From the IMG/VR virus record IMGVR_UViG_3300020048_000103, positions 9,272 to 73,271 of that record: DNA of 64,000 bases, one strand, 5' to 3'. Under the pieces are notes generated by a model. That model did not search any database and was not told the DNA's origin. It saw only the letters and a list, made by a program, of their open reading frames with translations. Positions 57,512 through 64,000 of the stretch are shown here, piece by piece (positions within the stretch are counted from its first letter, which is position 1; each line of letters opens with the position of its first letter). The DNA comes from a virus (lineage: Duplodnaviria; Caudoviricetes). The translations under genes were made by a program, and so were the position numbers.

Positions 57512-58048
57512 ATGAAAGTATGCGGAATTTATTGTTTAACTTCTCCTTCTGGCAAAAAGTATATTGGACAGTCTATGAATATTAAAAGGCGGCTAACACA
57601 ATATAAAAGGGGAGAAAATAGAAATCAATCTAAAATTCATGCTGCCATAAACAAATACAATTGAGAGAATTTTAAGGTAGAAATTTTATTTACAGTTAGG
57701 AATCTTAATAATGAAAAAATTAAAACTATTCTTAATAATATTGAGAAATTTTTTATTAAGAAATTTAATTCAGTGGAACAAGGTTATAATTTAACCTATG
57801 GTGGAGATTCATTTCTATTATCAGAAGAAACAAAATTAAAGATTTCAAAAGGTAAAAAAGGTCAAGGGTTAGGTATTATGAAAAATAATAAACCTATCTT
57901 ACAATATACAAAGAATGGTAAATTTGTTCGAGAATGAGATGCCATTAATTATGCTGGGGCGGAATTAGAAATTTCGCCTTCAAGTATATCGCGAGCTTGT
58001 AGAGGTTTATTAAAATCTGCAGGAGGATATGTTTGAAAATATAGATAA
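57512..58048 (+). CDS. GIY-YIG homing endonuclease with NUMOD3/NUMOD1-like tail and 3 TGA=Trp codons (178 aa)
   Basis: CGIYCLTSPSGKKYIGQS. KYN[W]ENF (57662), RE[W] (57935), GGYV[W]KY (58034). GYNLTYGG. Promoter TATCTTTG at 57435-42. Absent from the ORF track. Confidence 0.92.
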
Positions 58049-58090
58049 ATAACTACTTATAGATCAAAATGTTAAATATTTAAAATGTAA

Positions 58091-58783
58091 ATGATGAAAA
58101 CAGTAGAAGCACAAGGCTTTAACAAAGAAAAAGCGTTAGAATCAACAGGATTAGACGTAAGTCTCGAAAGACTTAAAAATGCAACCTTAGCATGGAAAAA
58201 AGCGGGTTCCCCATTGAATACTAAAGCCTTGAACACCTTCATGGCGAAGTATATCAAAGATAAAAAAGTAGTTGGTGCTTATATCGTAGTAGAAGGTTCT
58301 TCTAACGATACAAGAAAACGCCCTTACAGTGTAATTAATGAAGTTACACATGGCAAGAGAAAAACAACCTTAACCTATCAGGTTAAAGAAGCAGTTCTCG
58401 ATGTAAAATATCACACAGAAACAAAAACTGTTGTTGATGAAGAAACTGGTGAAGAATCAGTAGTTGAATATCAAACACCTTACAACAAAATGATGATCAA
58501 TGTTGAGGTTGTTGATAAAGAAACAAAAGAAAAAACTATTGTAGCTAAAGAAGTTGAAGTTCCCGCTGTAAAAGTTCTTTCTGTTGGTGCAGTTGAAACC
58601 AAATGCAACAAGAAAGACGAGGCTTTCGCTAGTATGAAAGAACTTATTGAAATCAATAAGAAAGATTACGTAGTTGAAATCGTAAAAGAGGTTACTGATG
58701 GACAGAAATATGCCGGTTATGGTGTATATACTCCTTCTAAATCTGCAAAGTTGGGTAAATTCTTATTCTTCGTTGAAGAGTAA
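58091..58783 (+). CDS. Hypothetical protein, codon bias suggests high expression
   Basis: 230 aa, followed by strong hairpins. Confidence 0.75.
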   Translation: MMKTVEAQGFNKEKALESTGLDVSLERLKNATLAWKKAGSPLNTKALNTFMAKYIKDKKVVGAYIVVEGSSNDTRKRPYSVINEVTHGKRKTTLTYQVKEAVLDVKYHTETKTVVDEETGEESVVEYQTPYNKMMINVEVVDKETKEKTIVAKEVEVPAVKVLSVGAVETKCNKKDEAFASMKELIEINKKDYVVEIVKEVTDGQKYAGYGVYTPSKSAKLGKFLFFVEE

Positions 58784-58956
58784 AAAAAGAAATGGAAAGT
58801 CGGTGGATTAAATTCATCGACTTTTTCTATCTACTAATGTGTGCTGGACACAAATTTCCAGTCGTTACAAAAGATGACGATAGAGGGATTGCAATTTATT
58901 GTAGTCCCTTTCTTTTTGTATTACCATAATAAAGGTGTAACAACTAATAAAAATTA

Positions 58957-60300
58957 ATGGAAGAAAATAAAACTTATGATGCATCATTAGATGCAGAAAT
59001 GGAAAAAAGAGCAATTGTAGAAGCTATTAGAGAAGAAGGTAAAATTTCTAAATATAATTTTACCATTCTTATCAGAGATAAAAAACCTTTGGTTGGAACA
59101 TTGACTAGAGAAGAAGTAGATTTAATGTATAGATTATATTCTTCTAGCGGTGCTAATTTATCTCAGAAGGTAGTTTCAAGATATTTCCCTTTATATACAT
59201 TTCAAGAGTTTAAAAAAATATTAAGAACTTTCAATTTAACGAAAGCTTCTGTTCCATTTGCTCAACATATAATAGAGGAACATACTGAGGAAGAATTGAT
59301 TCAACTCATGAATCAGCAGAGAGAGAATAATTTCCTTAAGAAATATGAGCAAGTAAAAGATCAACAGATAACTCAGAAATATCAAGAGTTATTAAAAGAC
59401 CATCAAAACTTAAAACAAGCAGTTGCTAATTTTGGTGAGTTTTTGAAGGATTTAAATTTAGATATTAAAGTAGATGTAAAAAGATCTTCAGTCTATAATG
59501 ATAAAACAATAATTATTTATCTTAGCGATATGCATATAGGTGCTGAAGTTTCTGATTATTCAATATATAAAAATACTTATAACGAAGCAGTAGTTATGAG
59601 TAGAATGGACATAGTTTTAAATAAAATTATGCAACTTTGTAGGAATTTGAATATACCTAATATAATTATAGTTAATGGCGGAGATTCTCTTGATGGGTAC
59701 AATGGAGAAACTACTAGAGGAGGACATAAATTACCTCAAAACTTAAATAATAAAGATCAGTTTAAGACTTTCTTAAAAGCAATGATTTATTTATTTACTA
59801 GTTTAAGTAGCTCTGGTCAATTTAGCAATATAGAATATATCTCTGTAGAAGGCGGTAATCACGATGGTGATTTTGGCTATACTTCTAATAAAGCATTAGA
59901 AGCTGCTTTATGGGGATTAAATTTAGGTATTAATGTAGTAATTTTTGATAAATTTATTGATTATTTTGTTGTTAATAAAAAGACTTTTATATTATGTCAT
60001 GGTAAAGATGCCAAAGATATGTTTAAAAATCTTCCATTAACCATAAATGATAAAACTGAAAATCAAATAAATGAATTTATTGATTACAATAAAATAACAG
60101 GTGATATTTATTTTGTAAAAGGAGACCTTCATCAAACTGCTACCACTTATGCTAGAAAGTTTAGATATAAATCAGTTGGATCATTTTTTGGTTCATCTGA
60201 ATGGATTCATAAAAACTTTGGAAACACACCTCCAGTTGTTGATTATGATATTATCTTAGATAAAGATGTTTTAGAAGGTAGAATACTATTTAATACTTAA
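58957..60300 (+). CDS. Metallophosphoesterase with N-terminal helical domain
   Basis: SDMHIG, GGDSLDG, GGNHD, CHG, GDLHQ. Confidence 0.85.
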   Translation: MEENKTYDASLDAEMEKRAIVEAIREEGKISKYNFTILIRDKKPLVGTLTREEVDLMYRLYSSSGANLSQKVVSRYFPLYTFQEFKKILRTFNLTKASVPFAQHIIEEHTEEELIQLMNQQRENNFLKKYEQVKDQQITQKYQELLKDHQNLKQAVANFGEFLKDLNLDIKVDVKRSSVYNDKTIIIYLSDMHIGAEVSDYSIYKNTYNEAVVMSRMDIVLNKIMQLCRNLNIPNIIIVNGGDSLDGYNGETTRGGHKLPQNLNNKDQFKTFLKAMIYLFTSLSSSGQFSNIEYISVEGGNHDGDFGYTSNKALEAALWGLNLGINVVIFDKFIDYFVVNKKTFILCHGKDAKDMFKNLPLTINDKTENQINEFIDYNKITGDIYFVKGDLHQTATTYARKFRYKSVGSFFGSSEWIHKNFGNTPPVVDYDIILDKDVLEGRILFNT

Positions 60301-60605
60301 TACAATGGAAAAATATTATATTGTAATATATAAAACTAATTGGGCAGATGAATTTGATTTAGAATCTTTTCAATTATTCTCTGAAAAAGAATGGTTGGAA
60401 GCAACTGATGGTATAGATAGATCTAGTGAAGAAGAATATGAAATTAGCTTTGGAACTAATGAATATGTTATAACATATCCAAAAGAGTTTTTCAAAGAAA
60501 TTACTGTTACTGAATTATCTTTATCAAGATATAATATGATTATGAATATTATTGGGGAATCATTTGGGACAGTGTCTATAACAAATGTATTAGAACATTT
60601 TAAAT

Positions 60606-61376
60606 ATGAATAATGAAGGTGTAACAGTACAAGATTTATTAAAGGGAAAAGAAACTATTATAAAAAATAAAACCTTTTCATCTACAAGACTTTATGTAGA
60701 ACCTTTTTTAGAAAGAATGAGTAAATTTACTTCTGATTTTAGAATAAAAGTTATTCTTCCTGACCAAATTACCAAAACAAAGAATTCTGAAGATATTACT
60801 TACAATAGAGTTTTGATAGAAGCAGTACTTCCAGAAAGACATACTATTGATAGACATGACGAAGTAATAGGTTTTGTTTATGGTATTGATGTAAAAAAGC
60901 CAGTTGCTAAACTTTATAGAGGTTATTTAAATCAAAGTTGTACAAATCTTTGTGTATTTAATCCGGCATGGTTAAATATTCAAGAAATAGTTCCTGGAGA
61001 TCCTATTAATTTTAGTCCTATTGATGGATTATTAGAGGCTCAAAATGATTTTAATGTTGTTATTAATAGAATGAAATCTACTTATATAGATAGAAATTCA
61101 AGAAAGAATTATCTAGGAGAGTGGGTTGATTATTCATTAAGAGGATCCGAAGATTATGGATATGGAAAAGTTAAAATTGCTGTAAGTACAGCTGTAGATG
61201 CTTATAAAAACTTATTTATTGATTATGATAGTCAATATTTTATACCAGAAGGTATAGATCCATCTTTGTTTACAGTGCATAATGCCTTTACTCAAATTAT
61301 TACTGATGATAAAAAGGATATATTAAATAAGTTTGAGAAAACAATGCTTATTAATAAACTTCTACAAATTAAATAA
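60606..61376 (+). CDS. Conserved phage protein, DUF932-like
   Basis: Pattern G..NQSCTNLCVF and LFTVHNAFT. Family label tentative. Confidence 0.55.
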   Translation: MNNEGVTVQDLLKGKETIIKNKTFSSTRLYVEPFLERMSKFTSDFRIKVILPDQITKTKNSEDITYNRVLIEAVLPERHTIDRHDEVIGFVYGIDVKKPVAKLYRGYLNQSCTNLCVFNPAWLNIQEIVPGDPINFSPIDGLLEAQNDFNVVINRMKSTYIDRNSRKNYLGEWVDYSLRGSEDYGYGKVKIAVSTAVDAYKNLFIDYDSQYFIPEGIDPSLFTVHNAFTQIITDDKKDILNKFEKTMLINKLLQIK

Positions 61377-61714
61377 TGGAAAAAGAAAGACAAATTATAC
61401 ATCTCTCAGAATATGAAATAGCTCCTATACTTGATGAATATGCTTATGAAAGTGGGGAATATGATGATTTATTTGATAATCGAGGAGAACTTAAAGAAGA
61501 GCAAGTTTGGTCTGATTTCTTATTCATAGAAAAAAGGGTCATTTATAGAGATATTGAAGCAGGATATGAAGAGTATGAAGTAATAACACAAAGAATATCT
61601 GATGGTAAGTTTTTTAGAGGGTTTTATACAATAAGTCCTTTTACTAGTACTTTTTATCGTCCTAATTTAAAAGAAGTATTTCCAGAACAACAAGTTATAA
61701 CTGTTTATATATAA
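61376..61714 (+). CDS. Hypothetical protein
   Basis: 112 aa. Confidence 0.65.
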   Translation: MEKERQIIHLSEYEIAPILDEYAYESGEYDDLFDNRGELKEEQVWSDFLFIEKRVIYRDIEAGYEEYEVITQRISDGKFFRGFYTISPFTSTFYRPNLKEVFPEQQVITVYI

Positions 61715-63072
61715 TGGAAATAATTTTAGGTAAACAGCAAGAACAAGCAGTTGAATCTATTATTAATTTTTTAAAAAATTCTAAAGAAACTTCTTATGGT
61801 TTATTTGGATATGCCGGTACTGGAAAATCTACTATAATTAAATGGCTAGTAGACTATTTATATTCTGAGGTAATTGAACATTTATTATGTGCTCCTACAC
61901 ATAAAGCTAGGGCAATGATAAAATATACAGCAGGATTAGAAGCTATTACTGTTCATCAAGTATTACATTTAATTCCAAATATTGAAATTAAAGATTTGGA
62001 TTTAAGGGATTTACTTTTTTTATCTAGGAATAAAGCAGCAAACGAAATACCTCGCCGAGGTGTTTTAATATGTGACGAAGCCTCTATGATAAATGATGTA
62101 CTATATAATTTTTTAGTTGAAGAAGCTAGAGCAAAATATTGTAAAATTATTTTCGTAGGGGATAAAGCACAATTAAAGCCTGTAAAATCATCAGAAGAAT
62201 CTTTAGTTTTTACTATTAAAGATCAATTTATATTAACTGAAATTTTTAGACAATCTAAAGATAGTGGGCTGAGTTCTGTTTTACCTATTTTAAGAAATGA
62301 CATTATTTATAATTTTAGAAATTCTATCGGTAATGAAGGATCTTTAATTTGCACTAGCAGTGCTATAGAGCTTTTTAAAAACGCATATCCATCTTTTAAA
62401 CAATCTATTGAAGAGAATAATATTTTTGGGGCTAAATTCTTTGCATATACAAATGCAAGAACTGATGCTTTAAATTTAAAAATTAGAAGTTTGTTATTTC
62501 CAGGAAATGAACAATTTTATGAGCAAGAAATAGTTACCTTTAATGATAATTATTCTTATGGATTTATGGATTACTGGAATTCGATGGATTATATAATACA
62601 AGGAGTTACTCAAACTTCTTCTATAATTCCTAATTTTGGATATGTAGAGGGCTATAAATTAGTTTTGTACGATTCTTTTGAAGATATACCTGGAGAAGTA
62701 TTCGTTATAGATCCAAATATCTCTCATGAAATATTGACAAAATTAGCATATTTAATAGAGTCTACAAGGTTAGATGCCATTAGATATAAATATATTGATA
62801 GAAAAAAGGCTGCTAATCTTTGGAAAACTTATTACCAAATTATCGGTAGTTTTGCAACTTTTGATAATATATATTTTGATAATAGGATTGTTAAAAAGAA
62901 AACTCTTGGATATGGATATGCATCAACTGTGCATAAAAGTCAAGGGTCTTCAATAGATAATGTATTTATAGATATGAAAAACATATTATCTTGTAGAGAT
63001 TCTTTAGAAATAAGACAACTTCAATATGTTTCTGTTTCTAGGGCTCGAAAAAATGTTTACATGTTGCAATAA
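61714..63072 (+). CDS. Dda/RecD-like SF1B helicase
   Basis: GYAGTGKST, APTHKA, TVH, DEASM, VGDKAQL, YASTVHKSQG, YVSVSRA. Confidence 0.92.
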   Translation: MEIILGKQQEQAVESIINFLKNSKETSYGLFGYAGTGKSTIIKWLVDYLYSEVIEHLLCAPTHKARAMIKYTAGLEAITVHQVLHLIPNIEIKDLDLRDLLFLSRNKAANEIPRRGVLICDEASMINDVLYNFLVEEARAKYCKIIFVGDKAQLKPVKSSEESLVFTIKDQFILTEIFRQSKDSGLSSVLPILRNDIIYNFRNSIGNEGSLICTSSAIELFKNAYPSFKQSIEENNIFGAKFFAYTNARTDALNLKIRSLLFPGNEQFYEQEIVTFNDNYSYGFMDYWNSMDYIIQGVTQTSSIIPNFGYVEGYKLVLYDSFEDIPGEVFVIDPNISHEILTKLAYLIESTRLDAIRYKYIDRKKAANLWKTYYQIIGSFATFDNIYFDNRIVKKKTLGYGYASTVHKSQGSSIDNVFIDMKNILSCRDSLEIRQLQYVSVSRARKNVYMLQ

Positions 63073-63338
63073 TGAAAATATTAAAAGTAGTTTATAGCAA
63101 TGATACTAAGTATATTCTTGATATAGTTTCTCAATTAAAACAGAAAATATATTTAGAATCTTATAATATTAGTAACTATAAAGAAAAGAAAAAAGCCTTG
63201 CCTATAATGACAAGGCACGGAACTGGCAATACTCCTTTAGTAGTTTTGGCAGATGAGAATCTGATAGAATATAATGCTGTATGGTCAGAATCAAATCCAG
63301 ATTGGTTAGAAGAAATAACTAAAAAATTAAATGACTAA
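63072..63338 (+). CDS. Glutaredoxin-fold-like small protein
   Basis: TPLVVL motif, adjacent to the ribonucleotide reductase. No CxxC. Confidence 0.5.
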   Translation: MKILKVVYSNDTKYILDIVSQLKQKIYLESYNISNYKEKKKALPIMTRHGTGNTPLVVLADENLIEYNAVWSESNPDWLEEITKKLND

Positions 63339-64000
63339 TAACAACTATTTTAAAGACGATGATTTAGCCTTTGATGCTTGGAAAGCTAAATATCAATTAA
63401 ACAATGAAACTTTAGAAGAATTCTTTGAAAGAATTGCTTCTGAATTTGCACGATTAGATAACTTTAAAAACTTCAATGTAATACCTGAAGGTCTTTCAGA
63501 GTATGGCAAAGAAAGATTTAATATAAAGGATTTAAAAAATCATTTCTTAGAGTTTTTTAAAGATTTTAAATATATACTTCCAGGAGGTTCTGTTTTAGCA
63601 GGATTAGGGAATCCAAAACCTGTTTCTTTATCTAATTGTTATGTAATTGATACAGGAGATTCTATTGGAGAAATATTTGATACTTCTAAGAATATGGCTG
63701 AGATTTACAAACGTCGTGGAGGAGTTGGATCTGATTTATCAGAATTAAGACCTTCTGGAGCCAGAGTAAATAATGCAGCAAATACTACAGGTGGAGTAGT
63801 CCCATTTATGGAATTATTTAGCCAAACAACTAATACAATAGGACAAGAAGGTCGTAGAGGAGCTTTAATGCTTTCTATTGATATTAATCATCCAGATAGT
63901 CCTGCATTTGTTACATCAAAGCAAGATTTAACTAAAATAACTGGGGCTAATATTTCTGTAAGACTCAATGGAGAATTTATGGAAGCTGCTAGAAATGATG
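63331..64000 (+). CDS. Ribonucleotide reductase large subunit, probably class II; partial, runs off the window
   Basis: LPGGSVL, SLSNCYV, RGGVGSDLSELRP, GRRGALM..I.HPD, ANISV. Confidence 0.93.
   Translation, partial: MTNNNYFKDDDLAFDAWKAKYQLNNETLEEFFERIASEFARLDNFKNFNVIPEGLSEYGKERFNIKDLKNHFLEFFKDFKYILPGGSVLAGLGNPKPVSLSNCYVIDTGDSIGEIFDTSKNMAEIYKRRGGVGSDLSELRPSGARVNNAANTTGGVVPFMELFSQTTNTIGQEGRRGALMLSIDINHPDSPAFVTSKQDLTKITGANISVRLNGEFMEAARND

Noticed and set aside
1-64000. TAG or TAA recoding, CRISPR arrays, rRNA, integrase
   Set aside because: No recognisable gene continues through TAG/TAA except at the intron junction. I saw no regularly spaced repeats, rRNA-like sequence or recombinase motifs.

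Overview
This is a 64-kb segment of a large, AT-rich lytic phage of Bacteroidota. The host is inferred from repeated TAnnTTTG promoters. Gene content and order resemble crAss-like (Crassvirales-type) phages; this is an inference, no search was run. Layout: 1-6605 is a mostly minus-strand block (lysis genes, PD-(D/E)XK nuclease, PhoH, thioredoxin, HTH proteins). 7172-33300 is a plus-strand early/accessory block dense in tRNAs, tRNA-like RNAs and a tmRNA. 33300-42000 holds NAD salvage (Nmnat-Nudix + Nampt), a macrodomain, RNase H, ClpP and a 9-member paralog family. 43000-64000 is the replication module (PolA, SF2 and DnaB helicases, AAA ATPase, primase, resolvase, Dda-like helicase, ribonucleotide reductase). 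Main result: UGA has two meanings. A phage tRNA-Trp with a UCA anticodon (3255-3326) sits upstream of the lysis genes. Sixteen in-frame TGA codons, most at family-typical Trp positions, interrupt six genes (GH19 endolysin, holin-like gene, GH16 glucanase with 9 TGA, Holliday junction resolvase, two free-standing homing endonucleases), while many early genes still use TGA as a stop. Unusual RNA elements: a circularly permuted tRNA mimic resembling a YrlA Y RNA; a tRNA(CAU) gene split by an HNH cassette that carries its own D-armless tRNA(UAU)-like RNA; a tmRNA with a group I intron whose HNH gene is antisense; a 37-nt tRNA minihelix; several anticodon-scrambled tRNA paralogs. All structures and family calls were made by eye.
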